From IMG/VR virus record IMGVR_UViG_3300017909_003056, positions 1-35,473 of that record: a stretch of 35,473 bases of DNA; one strand, given 5' to 3'. A program made the translations under genes and the position numbers. This stretch comes from a virus. Its lineage: Duplodnaviria > Caudoviricetes. A model generated the notes under the pieces. That model did not search any database, was not told the DNA's origin, and saw only the letters and a list, made by a program, of their open reading frames with translations. Positions within the stretch are counted from its first letter, which is position 1. Every line of letters starts with the position of its first letter. Shown here piece by piece: positions 19,427 through 29,101 of the stretch.

Positions 19427-20196
19427 TTTAAATCCACCTGCAATTTTTTAGAGTTTTCTTTAATCAATCTACGCTGCTCTTTAATATCAATACTTCCCCT
19501 CTTCATCATGGTGACACCAAGGTCAGAGATTTCACCAGGAACCTCAGCATCACAAACACACTGCTCAATCAACTCATGCATATGACGCAGACCATCTTGA
19601 TAGTAAGCAAGAATCTTACCGTAAGTCTCATTCACCTTACTCATATATTTTAGCGGACCAAACCAGAACCAATCTTGATAGTGCCTTCCTACCCCACACT
19701 GAATAGAACCATCCATCATGTAGATCTTGTCAGTATCAAACTTAGAAAAGTCAAGAGGTTCAGCAAACTCAAGGTCTGTGCGAGCACGAATAATCAAATC
19801 ATAATCCTCTAAAGATTCAAAGGACATGGACTGGTTAATTGAATACCACTGACTACGTTGTCGTGTAATGATACTTCGAACAATATCAGCATCTAGACTT
19901 GGGTCAAAAGCACACTTGGTAGGAAAGTCATCATATCCAAAGTACTCTTTTGGTTTATGTGGTTCAATAATAATTTCTTTAGGGCGGAACTTGCTGACAA
20001 ACTCCTCCATAGGATCATACTCCACAGGATAAGTATCATCACTTTCCCATACAAAGGTTTGACCCTTGTAGGATTCGTCCCACCACATGTGAGCGAATAC
20101 ATCTACTTCATTCTTTTCAAAAATACCTTTTTGATATTGTTCAAAAGATTTGTCAATATATCTGGGTTGACCAGAAAAACAAAGTGCAATTTTCAT
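19423..20196 (-). CDS. Glycan-island protein, probable unclassified glycosyltransferase (paralog 2)
   Basis: MKIALCFSGQPR, DVFAHMW, YDLIIRARTD, DWFWFG. Confidence 0.72.
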   Translation of the reverse strand: MKIALCFSGQPRYIDKSFEQYQKGIFEKNEVDVFAHMWWDESYKGQTFVWESDDTYPVEYDPMEEFVSKFRPKEIIIEPHKPKEYFGYDDFPTKCAFDPSLDADIVRSIITRQRSQWYSINQSMSFESLEDYDLIIRARTDLEFAEPLDFSKFDTDKIYMMDGSIQCGVGRHYQDWFWFGPLKYMSKVNETYGKILAYYQDGLRHMHELIEQCVCDAEVPGEISDLGVTMMKRGSIDIKEQRRLIKENSKKLQVDLK

Positions 20197-20957
20197 CAGA
20201 ATCTAGGTAATGTAATATTAATAGGCAGTGGATAAGATTTGATATTGAAGAAGTCAATAATCTTTTTGTGGATGAGTTCGCAACACCAGGCACCACCTGT
20301 CTGTTCCATACACGCATCAATACAATAGTCTAGCATAGGAAACGCAGACATGAAAGGGTCCATAACTTTGCTACCGCCAAAGTTGAACCAATCGTTAATC
20401 ATTCCGTCTGGTTGATTTTGAATTCCTGAATAGAATACAATATCCTTTGGAAATAACTCATATTGTATTCCGTTGTAAACTTGAGCATCAGTCCTCATAC
20501 GGATTACATAATCATACCGAAAGTCGTTTTCATACTCATACTCTTTTTTCAGCAGACATGATCTCATCAAAGAATAATGATATGAAATGATATTGTTTAC
20601 ATCACGAACCTCAAAGTTTGGTTCTTTTTCATAGTCTGGTTTACCTCCCTTGTACCTATTAAGACTAGGCATGTAATTACTTGACAACTCAGAGTTGAGA
20701 AACTTTTTACTCTTCTCAACCAAAAGTTTTTTTGGTTCGTAAGTTTGTTTGAATACATCTATGGCGCTAGAGGGAATGCGTTGGTCTTTCCAACCACCGT
20801 CCCCACCATACTTGTATGGTTTTGTTTGAAGGTCTTCATCAAACCATAGATGTGCGAAGACATCTACATCATAGTCTCCAATTACATTCGCCTTGATTAA
20901 TTGAGAGACTTCGTTGACAAACCTAGGTTGTCCAGAGAAACATAAAGCAATTCTCAT
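20196..20957 (-). CDS. Glycan-island protein, probable unclassified glycosyltransferase (paralog 1)
   Basis: MRIALCFSGQPR, DVFAHLW, YDYVIRMRTD, DWFNFG. Confidence 0.72.
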   Translation of the reverse strand: MRIALCFSGQPRFVNEVSQLIKANVIGDYDVDVFAHLWFDEDLQTKPYKYGGDGGWKDQRIPSSAIDVFKQTYEPKKLLVEKSKKFLNSELSSNYMPSLNRYKGGKPDYEKEPNFEVRDVNNIISYHYSLMRSCLLKKEYEYENDFRYDYVIRMRTDAQVYNGIQYELFPKDIVFYSGIQNQPDGMINDWFNFGGSKVMDPFMSAFPMLDYCIDACMEQTGGAWCCELIHKKIIDFFNIKSYPLPINITLPRF

Positions 20958-22012
20958 CCTAAAAATTCACTCAGGTTTTCATTATTTCTTGGAATATTTA
21001 TTGCCTCGCAGGAAGGGAAGGTATTACTTCTAGCAAAATCATTGACCACTACTCGCTTACAGTGCGGCAGTCCCATGACCAATTGATCATATGGAATACC
21101 ATGTCTAGACAGTTCTTCCAAAGTGATATCGCGTAGATGATCTGGGCGACTTGTAGTTAGAACAATATAAGTTTTACCTTGGGCATAGATGTCTTGAAGA
21201 TACTTGATATTACTTTCAATCGGTTTTCCCTCACCAACATAAGGTGGGAACTGAATAGATGAATTAGTAATAATCGTGCCGTCAATATCAAGGAACAAAG
21301 TCCTAAAGTCTTTCTTATATGCTTTCCAAGCTTGTAGTGTTCCCCAGTCCAGATAGCGACTAACTTCAGTTCCACTAAACTTGGAACCTGATAACATCAT
21401 ATCATAGATTACATTACTTACATAACACTCACCCTCCATACCCTGCAGTTTTTCATATGAACTACAGAAGTCTTGAGCATCAGCAAATCCGTATCCACCA
21501 CAGGAGAACGTAGAACTCACAACGTTCTTCTCTACGATGTTAGTAAGAATACCATTAACATCAAGTTGAATATAACTCTTGTTTCTAGCGTTGATATTAT
21601 CCTCACTATTCAAATCAAAGTATGCAACCTGATTGATAGGTTCGGTTATCTCACACTCATAGTAATTATCAGAGTCTTTAATGAAGATGAATCCTTCAAT
21701 CTCTAGATCTTTGATTACTTGGTAAACAGTTTCAGATTGAGATGATGTCTGTTCAGACAAGTATGTGATGGTGAACTTACCACCAATACCAGTCTCTTCT
21801 AACTCCCTGACAAGACCTTTGGTAAACTGATACTGCTCTTCATGCTCTTTCAACACGACAAAACAAATACGATCAAAGAAATCCAGGTTGAGACCTGAGA
21901 TCGCTTCCGTGACCATAAACTTATTCTTCTTTGGATGCGTCAACATCCATTTAGGTCTCATGTTTGGAAAGCGGCTAGACTTTCCACCCATAGGAACGAC
22001 TAAGGTCTTCAT
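20954..22012 (-). CDS. Sugar-phosphate nucleotidyltransferase-like domain fused to a HAD phosphatase-like domain
   Basis: N-terminal PMGGKSSRF...PK; C-terminal FLDIDGT...TTSR...YDQLVMG. Confidence 0.85.
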   Translation of the reverse strand: MKTLVVPMGGKSSRFPNMRPKWMLTHPKKNKFMVTEAISGLNLDFFDRICFVVLKEHEEQYQFTKGLVRELEETGIGGKFTITYLSEQTSSQSETVYQVIKDLEIEGFIFIKDSDNYYECEITEPINQVAYFDLNSEDNINARNKSYIQLDVNGILTNIVEKNVVSSTFSCGGYGFADAQDFCSSYEKLQGMEGECYVSNVIYDMMLSGSKFSGTEVSRYLDWGTLQAWKAYKKDFRTLFLDIDGTIITNSSIQFPPYVGEGKPIESNIKYLQDIYAQGKTYIVLTTSRPDHLRDITLEELSRHGIPYDQLVMGLPHCKRVVVNDFARSNTFPSCEAINIPRNNENLSEFLG

Positions 22013-22805
22013 ATAAATCAGTTTTCTCCACTAGTGCATTCAGTATAATACGGTGCCTTTCATTAGTCAAGTAAGGACCTATCCGTAGAAGATTCAACAC
22101 ATCAAGTAGTTTGAACTCAATAGTGTTGAGATGTGAGGAGTATCTCTCCTGAAGTTTGTTCCAGATATAGTTATACGTTTGATAGATGCGTAGATTATTG
22201 ACACCCTGTACCTTAAGACTCCAGTTGTAATATAAGTCTTGTTTCAGTTTGGCAAAGTCAACAAGGTAACTATCAATAAAAGAATCAAGAAAGTCTATAA
22301 AATATAGTCTATTCGGGTGAAAAATAATATTAGCAAAGGTCAAATCACCATGACAGAAACTGTGAGGTATATGCAAATTAGATACCTTACTCACAAGGTA
22401 TATCATAAAGTCTTTTCTTTGTACATTAATACTGTACAGTTTTTTCAACATCAATACTTTTGATGTGTCTTGATGATATACTCTTGAGGTCTTGATAAGA
22501 AAATCAAAATACCCACATAAAGACTCTACAATATTGTCAATGTCTTTGACACTAGTGTGTGGAAAATATTCATCAAAAGAAAACCCAGAGACATATTCCA
22601 TATCAAAAGACAAGGGGTCTTCGTTGACATGAATGACTCTAGGTATATCAATATTCTTCAGCACAAAATGAGAGAACAGAGATTGCTTTTTGATCTGCAG
22701 TCTCAATCTCTCATCATACTCTTCGCCGGAAGAATACTTTCTTAGTACATCATCATTGAGTAGTTCTATCTTACAACCAGATAGTCCACTCTTCAAGTTA
22801 GTCAT
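21975..22805 (-). CDS. APH/choline-kinase-like phosphotransferase
   Basis: GLSGC, MEYVSG, HGDLTFANI, FIDF. Confidence 0.85.
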   Translation of the reverse strand: MTNLKSGLSGCKIELLNDDVLRKYSSGEEYDERLRLQIKKQSLFSHFVLKNIDIPRVIHVNEDPLSFDMEYVSGFSFDEYFPHTSVKDIDNIVESLCGYFDFLIKTSRVYHQDTSKVLMLKKLYSINVQRKDFMIYLVSKVSNLHIPHSFCHGDLTFANIIFHPNRLYFIDFLDSFIDSYLVDFAKLKQDLYYNWSLKVQGVNNLRIYQTYNYIWNKLQERYSSHLNTIEFKLLDVLNLLRIGPYLTNERHRIILNALVEKTDLYEDLSRSYGWKV

Positions 22806-23521
22806 ACTTGATATTTTGAATTATCTTTTGCTCGGTGAACAATTACTGGGTCAAATTTACAGAATGCTTTGAAGCACTCCGGAAAAGCAAATTGAGGACC
22901 AAGAGTATGAACGTCATCCTTGTTTTCAACGAAGAACTTATTCATCTGACTCTCATCATGCCAGACGGCAATTGTGTCTCGCGTCTCATCATCTTTGGTG
23001 CGACGGTCAAGTTCTGCCATCATACCAATGACTTCAGGAACCTTACCACCCCACAGACAACCCTGCCAGTAGGTTGAAATATCATCATCCTCTGTGATGG
23101 CAGCACGGGACTTAGGGTTCGTCTCAAAGGCACCAGGATACTGTGTGTGAGGGTTCATACCCAAGAAATGACAGGGGTGATGAACACCCATGAATAACTT
23201 ATCTGTGAAAATGTCTTCAGGTTTTACTTCATCAACCAGGATCATATCAGCATCAAGAAACAAGAAGTAATCATACTGCTGAATCTCTTCAGATGCTCTC
23301 AGCAGGGTAGCAAACCTGTAGAGGGTGATGTATGGCCAAGGAAGATGCTCTTGGTAATATGGAGTGATGTTGTCAGGAACACCCTCTAACTCACCATCAG
23401 TAAAGACCAAGTATCTCTTCTCACATCCAGGGGCAAGGTATTTTTCACAAGACTCATGCCAACTAGGAAGAAAGTCAAGATACTTGTTAGTGCCAATAAA
23501 GGCAACCGCAAGTTTAGGCAT
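22802..23521 (-). CDS. Glycosyltransferase family 6 (alpha-1,3-Gal/GalNAc transferase, ABO-like)
   Basis: IGTNKY, LVFTD, WPYITLYRF, FLDAD, WHDESQMNK. Confidence 0.92.
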   Translation of the reverse strand: MPKLAVAFIGTNKYLDFLPSWHESCEKYLAPGCEKRYLVFTDGELEGVPDNITPYYQEHLPWPYITLYRFATLLRASEEIQQYDYFLFLDADMILVDEVKPEDIFTDKLFMGVHHPCHFLGMNPHTQYPGAFETNPKSRAAITEDDDISTYWQGCLWGGKVPEVIGMMAELDRRTKDDETRDTIAVWHDESQMNKFFVENKDDVHTLGPQFAFPECFKAFCKFDPVIVHRAKDNSKYQV

Positions 23522-24203
23522 TTTTCACAAAAGTCAAACGACAGACATTTAAGTAAGAGAAGTTTGGAACGCTGAACAGGTTCTTTTTGCGATTCGTCCA
23601 ACGACCTACAAGAGAAAGACCTTGTTCTCTTGCCAAGGCGATGATGGCAGATGGTTTCATGAACTCACCAACATCAGTATTCATATTAACATCCGAGGAT
23701 ATAATAACATGACCACCTGGTTTCAGGCAACGGTTAATCTCTCTAAAGATTTTAGTGAACTGCTGCTCACCGTCAGGACATACACCACTCGGTCCACAGA
23801 AGTGAGCATAGGCACAGAGGTCAATAAAGACATCAATACTCTCATCGTCTACTGTAGGAAACCAGTCAAAGGCATTTGAATTAACCATCTTGACATTACT
23901 ACCCTCACAGTCATGGTCCAGACGACCACCACATACAGGAGTATCTACACCAGTTACATCGTTACCCCAAGAGTCAATAATGTGGGGAACACATCCCCTA
24001 GCACATCCAAGGTCTACTACCTTTACACCGTTATCAGGATACAGTTCTTGAAACCTTTCTAGAACACTAATCCATTTGATGATGGCATCAGTCTTAGTCC
24101 ACAAATCTTGGTGAGGAAAGTTTTGAGGATATTGCCTCTCTGTCATCACATTTAGTGAATGATCTAAATCACCAAGATTAAACAGTGTATTAGTAATAGT
24201 CAT
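23514..24203 (-). CDS. Class I SAM-dependent methyltransferase
   Basis: VVDLGCARG, TGVD, RCLKPGG. Confidence 0.88.
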   Translation of the reverse strand: MTITNTLFNLGDLDHSLNVMTERQYPQNFPHQDLWTKTDAIIKWISVLERFQELYPDNGVKVVDLGCARGCVPHIIDSWGNDVTGVDTPVCGGRLDHDCEGSNVKMVNSNAFDWFPTVDDESIDVFIDLCAYAHFCGPSGVCPDGEQQFTKIFREINRCLKPGGHVIISSDVNMNTDVGEFMKPSAIIALAREQGLSLVGRWTNRKKNLFSVPNFSYLNVCRLTFVKNA

Positions 24204-24883
24204 GAGATATGATAATCCGCGAGTGAGTTATTTTTGATATGAATTTCGGGAAGTGAGTTATACAGTTCAGTGGCATCCTTAAGAATAGAAGTGAACTCAT
24301 CCTTCATATCATCAGGAATAAGATCAATGCTAGAGTTTCTATTCCTCTGAACATATTGCTCAGGAACTTTCTCTTGACCTAAGAAATCAACAAATATTTC
24401 TTTCCCATATTTCCACTGAGTATCCGACTTGACACAGAGAACTGGATAATTAGTCTGCCTTCGTGTCCAGTTGTATATATGCTCATATGTCATGAACCAG
24501 TCTTGACCACCCCTCACATACTCTTCCAGGGAATATCTTTTAACAAACTGTGGGTGAACCCTATAAATCTCTTTAGTCTCTGGATGAATCTCTACATTAT
24601 CAGTCCGTGTAGGATGTAGAGGAAGACCTTTGTTCTCAATGTGAGTGACGGGCATATCCCTACGGAAGATAGAGATAATAGATTGAACTGGATCACCCAT
24701 CACAAAGATTGCTTTCTCAATCTCCTCATAAACTGGTGGGTACAGGGTGTGCTTACACCGACCAAAGTTAATACCCTGGTGGAAATGATCTCGGTTACTT
24801 TCAATACCAAGACCGTTAATGATTTTGAACAGTTGACTTGATGCACATCCACCAATACTGTTCAATACTGTTACTTCTTCCAT
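24200..24883 (-). CDS. Hypothetical protein, possibly sulfotransferase fold
   Basis: SIGGCASS loop, KH, and IFVMGDPVQSIISIFRR resembling PAPS-binding motifs; TGATG coupling. Confidence 0.55.
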   Translation of the reverse strand: MEEVTVLNSIGGCASSQLFKIINGLGIESNRDHFHQGINFGRCKHTLYPPVYEEIEKAIFVMGDPVQSIISIFRRDMPVTHIENKGLPLHPTRTDNVEIHPETKEIYRVHPQFVKRYSLEEYVRGGQDWFMTYEHIYNWTRRQTNYPVLCVKSDTQWKYGKEIFVDFLGQEKVPEQYVQRNRNSSIDLIPDDMKDEFTSILKDATELYNSLPEIHIKNNSLADYHIS

Positions 24884-25686
24884 CAAATTACCTTCCAACC
24901 TTTACAGTATAAGTCTTTCGTATTGTGCTTATCATCGGGGAACCACTTCTTAGGAGCAATAACCTTTCCGCGATTACCCAACCAAGCTGCCCACCAAGAG
25001 AATGAAGAATTGGCAATAATGAAGTCAGAGCACATGCTCATCAGACACTGGTCAATATATCCACTCTCATTTTCAGAAATCATAAACCGATCATCCTGAA
25101 AAAGGTCTTGCTCATGACACCAGGCAGGGTCATCAGAGAATACAATAACAGGAACATCATATTCAAACTTTTTCAGTGCCTTCTTGTAGTAAGACATATC
25201 AAGGGCACAGTGATTTGGATTTGTAAGATAATCCTGTCTACGAATGTGAAGTCCAATAACTTCGTCTACTCCAAGACTATCAATCATTTCCTCACAAGGT
25301 TGACGAATCTCATCCTTAAATGTGAAGTTACGACGAATCTCCTGTTCTACATTCAGGAAGTATTTTTCACTTTGAAAAAATCCCCAGATATTTGTCCAGT
25401 CAGGACATCTCTCATGTAACTCTTCATTATAGTGAAAGTTACCCTCAAACATAGTGGGTCTTCCAACATCAATGCTTTGAATGTTCAGAACTGATGTTGT
25501 CTCCATGGTGAAACAATCAAACAGTTCTGTCCTATTAGGATTTCCCAGACCATCATCAACCGCATCCTGATAAAAGGGAAAGCAGTATTCCACACCCGTG
25601 TTAGCAGCAATGCCACGGAGTGCTGCGTATTGGAACATTTGATTACCAATACGCCCCAATCTTCCCAGATTGTTAAATCCAATCAT
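24883..25686 (-). CDS. Glycosyltransferase family 11 (alpha-1,2-fucosyltransferase)
   Basis: GRIGNQMFQYA, GFFQSEKYF, HIRRQDY, FSDD, IIANSSFSWWAAWL. Confidence 0.95.
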   Translation of the reverse strand: MIGFNNLGRLGRIGNQMFQYAALRGIAANTGVEYCFPFYQDAVDDGLGNPNRTELFDCFTMETTSVLNIQSIDVGRPTMFEGNFHYNEELHERCPDWTNIWGFFQSEKYFLNVEQEIRRNFTFKDEIRQPCEEMIDSLGVDEVIGLHIRRQDYLTNPNHCALDMSYYKKALKKFEYDVPVIVFSDDPAWCHEQDLFQDDRFMISENESGYIDQCLMSMCSDFIIANSSFSWWAAWLGNRGKVIAPKKWFPDDKHNTKDLYCKGWKVI

Positions 25687-26608
25687 GACTCAAAAAATAA
25701 TCGTAAGTTCGCTGAAGACCTTCTTCAATACCAATCTGTGGATACCATCCAGTCTGTTTAATTTTAGTGACATCCATGACCTTACGCAACGTTCCGTTAG
25801 GTTTACTGGTATCCCACATTATGGCACCTGTGTAACCGACCACATCTGCGACGATTTCAGCAAGGTTCTTAATAGTTATATCAGTTCCCGTACCCACATT
25901 AACGATATTTTGTGGATCATGATATTCATTCATCAGATGAATACAAGCATCAGCAAGGTCATCTACATACAAGAACTCACGCATCGGAGAACCATCACCC
26001 CAGCAAGTTACAGTAGGTTGATTGGTTTCTTTCGCCTCATGGAACTTACGGATAAGACCAGGAATGACATGAGAGTTTTCTGGATGAAAATTATCTTTTA
26101 CACCATATAGGTTACAAGGCATCGCAGAGATAGCATTGAACCCATACTGTTCATGATAGGACTGGCACATCTTGATACCAGCAATCTTAGCGATGGCATA
26201 GGCATCATTTGTAGGTTCCAAGGCACCTGTCAGTAACTGTTCCTCTTTAATCGGAACATTCGTGTGCTTAGGATAAATGCAGGAAGAACCAAGAAAGAGA
26301 AGTTTCTTGGCACCAGTATAGTAAGCAGCATCTATGACATTAGTCTGGATCATCAGATTGTCATAGATGAACTCTGCCTTATGGTTCTGATTACCAATAA
26401 TTCCACCAACCTTGGCCGCGGCAAGAAAAACAAAGTCAGGTTGATGAATAGAGAACAGATTGTCTACCTGCTCTTTCTCCCTGAGATCACATTCCTTACT
26501 AGGAATCATGATAAGGTTCTTGTATCCCAGTTGACGAAGTTTACGAACAATAGCAGAACCAACAAGACCATTATGTCCTGCTACAAAAATTTTAGAATTA
26601 TTGTCCAT
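25673..26608 (-). CDS. fcl: GDP-L-fucose synthase
   Basis: [43 protein letters not shown]. Confidence 0.96.
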   Translation of the reverse strand: MDNNSKIFVAGHNGLVGSAIVRKLRQLGYKNLIMIPSKECDLREKEQVDNLFSIHQPDFVFLAAAKVGGIIGNQNHKAEFIYDNLMIQTNVIDAAYYTGAKKLLFLGSSCIYPKHTNVPIKEEQLLTGALEPTNDAYAIAKIAGIKMCQSYHEQYGFNAISAMPCNLYGVKDNFHPENSHVIPGLIRKFHEAKETNQPTVTCWGDGSPMREFLYVDDLADACIHLMNEYHDPQNIVNVGTGTDITIKNLAEIVADVVGYTGAIMWDTSKPNGTLRKVMDVTKIKQTGWYPQIGIEEGLQRTYDYFLSHDWI

Positions 26609-27605
26609 AAAGTACCATATCCTCAATTAGTTCTTTGAATGAAATTTCAGGTTCCCAACCAAGTTTTTCTTTTGCCTTTGTAGCATCACCAAGTAAAGAT
26701 TCAACTTCAGCAGGACGGAAATACTTATCACTAACCTTTACCACAGGACGTTTAGTATTCCAATCATACCCAACTTCATCCATACCTTCACCCATCCACT
26801 CAATCTTCATACCAAAGTAGTTAGATGCTCTATTGACAAACTCTCTGACAGTATACTGCTCACCTGTAGCAATCACATAATCATCAGGTTCATCTTGCTG
26901 AAGCATCAACCACATCGCTCTGGCATAGTCTTTGGCGTGTCCCCAGTCCCGCTTGGCATCAAGATTACCAAGATACAAACAATCTTGAAGACCGACAGAG
27001 ATGCGTGAGAGACCTCTAGTAATCTTGCGGGTTACAAAAGTCTCACCCCGCCGTGGAGATTCATGGTTGAAAAGAATACCAGAACTGGCGTGCATACCAT
27101 ACGATTCACGATAGTTCTTGACAATCCAGAAACCATACAGTTTTGCCACACCATAAGGAGAACGTGGATAGAAAGGTGTAGTCTCTGTCTGAGGTGTCTC
27201 TTGAACCTTTCCATACAGTTCACTAGTAGATGCCTGATAGATACGCACCTTGTCTTCCATACCAAGAAGACGAACTGCTTCCAGAACACGGAGAGTTCCC
27301 AGTCCATCAACATTCCCAGTGTACTCAGGAGTTTCAAAAGAAACTTTTACATGACTCTGAGCACCCAGGTTATAAATTTCATCTGGTTCAGTTTTCTTAA
27401 TGACACCAATGATATTAGTGGCATCAGTCAAATCCCCGTAATGAAGTGTCAGATTTGGATTATCGTAGATATGGTCAATACGATGGGTATTAATCAAAGA
27501 AGAACGACGGACAATACCATGCACTTCATATCCTTTTTCAAGGAGTAGTTCGGCAAGGTATGATCCGTCCTGTCCAGTGATACCCGTAATCAGGGCAGTT
27601 TTCAT
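26598..27605 (-). CDS. gmd: GDP-mannose 4,6-dehydratase
   Basis: [35 protein letters not shown]. Confidence 0.98.
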   Translation of the reverse strand: MKTALITGITGQDGSYLAELLLEKGYEVHGIVRRSSLINTHRIDHIYDNPNLTLHYGDLTDATNIIGVIKKTEPDEIYNLGAQSHVKVSFETPEYTGNVDGLGTLRVLEAVRLLGMEDKVRIYQASTSELYGKVQETPQTETTPFYPRSPYGVAKLYGFWIVKNYRESYGMHASSGILFNHESPRRGETFVTRKITRGLSRISVGLQDCLYLGNLDAKRDWGHAKDYARAMWLMLQQDEPDDYVIATGEQYTVREFVNRASNYFGMKIEWMGEGMDEVGYDWNTKRPVVKVSDKYFRPAEVESLLGDATKAKEKLGWEPEISFKELIEDMVLYGQ

Positions 27606-28624
27606 AGTTTGATCCAGCGTTCGTTAGCGAGAGTCCATTCAACAACCTCTGCGATACGCTCTCGGATATCTTGAGGTTCCCAACCCATACGACGCATCTT
27701 CTCACCAGAGAGAGCATAGCGAAGATCATGACCGGGACGAGTAGAGTGGAAATCAACCATCTTATACCGAAGTTCTTTACCTTGAACATCAGCAATAATC
27801 TGTGCCAGTTGAAGATTGTTCAATTCTTCAGCACCGACAATGTTGAACTTGGGACACTTTGCTCCACCATAGTTTCCATTCTCAACTACAGTGTCTTGTG
27901 CCAAAAGGAACAACAGAGCATCTGAAACATCCTCGGCATGAATGTAATGACGTGCTCCAGGGATGGTCTTAGTTTCATCACTATGAATGGTAACAATCTC
28001 ACCATCACGAATACGTTTGATACACATTGGGATGAACTTCTCTGGATGCTGACGCTGACCAAATACATTCATCGTGTGAGTAATGTAAACAGGCAGTCCA
28101 TAAGTATTTTCAAATGCTACTGCCAGTTCTTCACCACCCGCTTTCGTTGCACTGTAGGGATTGGTAGAATTGTATCGGTCGTTCTCCAGATAATTGATTC
28201 CGTTAGGAGCAGGACCAAAGACTTCATCAGTGCTGAAGTATACAAACCTTTCAAGATGATCCAGACCACGGGCATAGTCAAGAATGTTGCAAGTCGCTAC
28301 AACATTATCCATGACAAATTCCATGGGATATTCAATACTACGGTCTACATGAGAACCTGCAGCAAGGTGAAGAATATAATCTACACGTCCGATGTCAGCA
28401 GCAATAAGAGGGTTGATTGCTGCTTTCAAGTCATGAAAAACAACTTTTACACGAGACCTATCTTCAGGAGAAAATTCTGTAAGGATATCTTGAAGACGAT
28501 TCAGATTGCCACTGAAGTCCAACCGATCAAGTGTAACAACTTCCCAATCAGTGCCCTTCAGGATTTGCGAAATAAGGTGATGAGCAATAAAACCAGCACC
28601 ACCAGTAACAAGAGCTCTTTTCAT
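27602..28624 (-). CDS. rfbB: dTDP/UDP-glucose 4,6-dehydratase
   Basis: [42 protein letters not shown]. Confidence 0.88.
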   Translation of the reverse strand: MKRALVTGGAGFIAHHLISQILKGTDWEVVTLDRLDFSGNLNRLQDILTEFSPEDRSRVKVVFHDLKAAINPLIAADIGRVDYILHLAAGSHVDRSIEYPMEFVMDNVVATCNILDYARGLDHLERFVYFSTDEVFGPAPNGINYLENDRYNSTNPYSATKAGGEELAVAFENTYGLPVYITHTMNVFGQRQHPEKFIPMCIKRIRDGEIVTIHSDETKTIPGARHYIHAEDVSDALLFLLAQDTVVENGNYGGAKCPKFNIVGAEELNNLQLAQIIADVQGKELRYKMVDFHSTRPGHDLRYALSGEKMRRMGWEPQDIRERIAEVVEWTLANERWIKL

Positions 28625-28646
28625 GTCGCTGATAATTTACTATAAC

Positions 28647-28675
28647 ATTATACCAAAAAAGGATGGTTTATACAA
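28647..28675 (-). promoter_or_regulatory. Putative sigma70-type promoter of the glycan island
   Basis: TTGTAT-17 nt-TATAAT with an extended TG, overlapping the terminator. Confidence 0.6.
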
Positions 28676-28681
28676 CCATCC
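28655..28681 (-). terminator. Intrinsic terminator after the structured RNA
   Basis: GGATGGTT-GTATA-AACCATCC followed by T6. Confidence 0.85.
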
Positions 28682-28684
28682 CCT

Positions 28685-28840
28685 CAGGTCTACATGCACG
28701 CCACTTGCTCTTTATCCAGAAGCAAGAAACTGAGCGGGAGTATAAAACCCCATCCGCACCACTTGCTCTTGAGAGAAGCAAGAAACTCCAGGGGTCAAAA
28801 GACCATCCCGACCAGGGCAAATTTAGAGTCGTTCCGGGAC
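28685..28840 (-). ncRNA. Structured cyanophage RNA, most likely the manA motif (wcaG motif as alternative)
   Basis: Two copies of AGTTTCTTGCTTCT..AGAGCAAGTGGYG, plus GTCCCG/CGGGAT and GGTC/GACC stems; near a tRNA and upstream of sugar-nucleotide genes. Confidence 0.72.
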
Positions 28841-29047
28841 TTCAACAGTTTCAAGATCAGCGTAAATCTGTTCCATCAACATTTCATAATCATCTAGAGG
28901 TTCGCCTGAAAACACCACTCCATTATTTTCATAGAAGCGGCGCACCTTTTTGAAAAGTTTCGGATTCTTTACATCAAGGAAAATTTCGCCATTAGCAGCA
29001 GCACGGAGAGTGCTGATGTCTTTTTTGAATTTTTCAGTCAGTGCCAT
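28823..29047 (-). CDS. Hypothetical cyanophage protein
   Basis: 74-aa ORF with its own promoter; 3' end overlaps the RNA motif. Confidence 0.82.
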   Translation of the reverse strand: MALTEKFKKDISTLRAAANGEIFLDVKNPKLFKKVRRFYENNGVVFSGEPLDDYEMLMEQIYADLETVEVPERL

Positions 29048-29070
29048 CGTTATGTTTGGTTTACCTTTGT

Positions 29071-29099
29071 ATTATAAGGTGTTGTGACTATGTAGTCAA
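29071..29099 (-). promoter_or_regulatory. Early sigma70-type promoter
   Basis: TTGACT-17 nt-TATAAT. Confidence 0.85.
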
Positions 29100-29101
29100 G
29101 A

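Noticed and set aside
11330-28645. Numerous 60-235 aa plus-strand ORFs across the glycan island
   Set aside because: All are antisense to well-supported minus-strand genes and lack recognisable motifs
28701-28789. Direct repeats resembling a mini-CRISPR array
   Set aside because: Only two copies with internal variation, the intervening sequence is itself structured, and no cas genes are present; better explained as RNA motif modules
28663-28953. Plus-strand ORFs over the intergenic RNA
   Set aside because: Opposite to local transcription, low-quality protein sequence, overlapping a terminator and structured RNA
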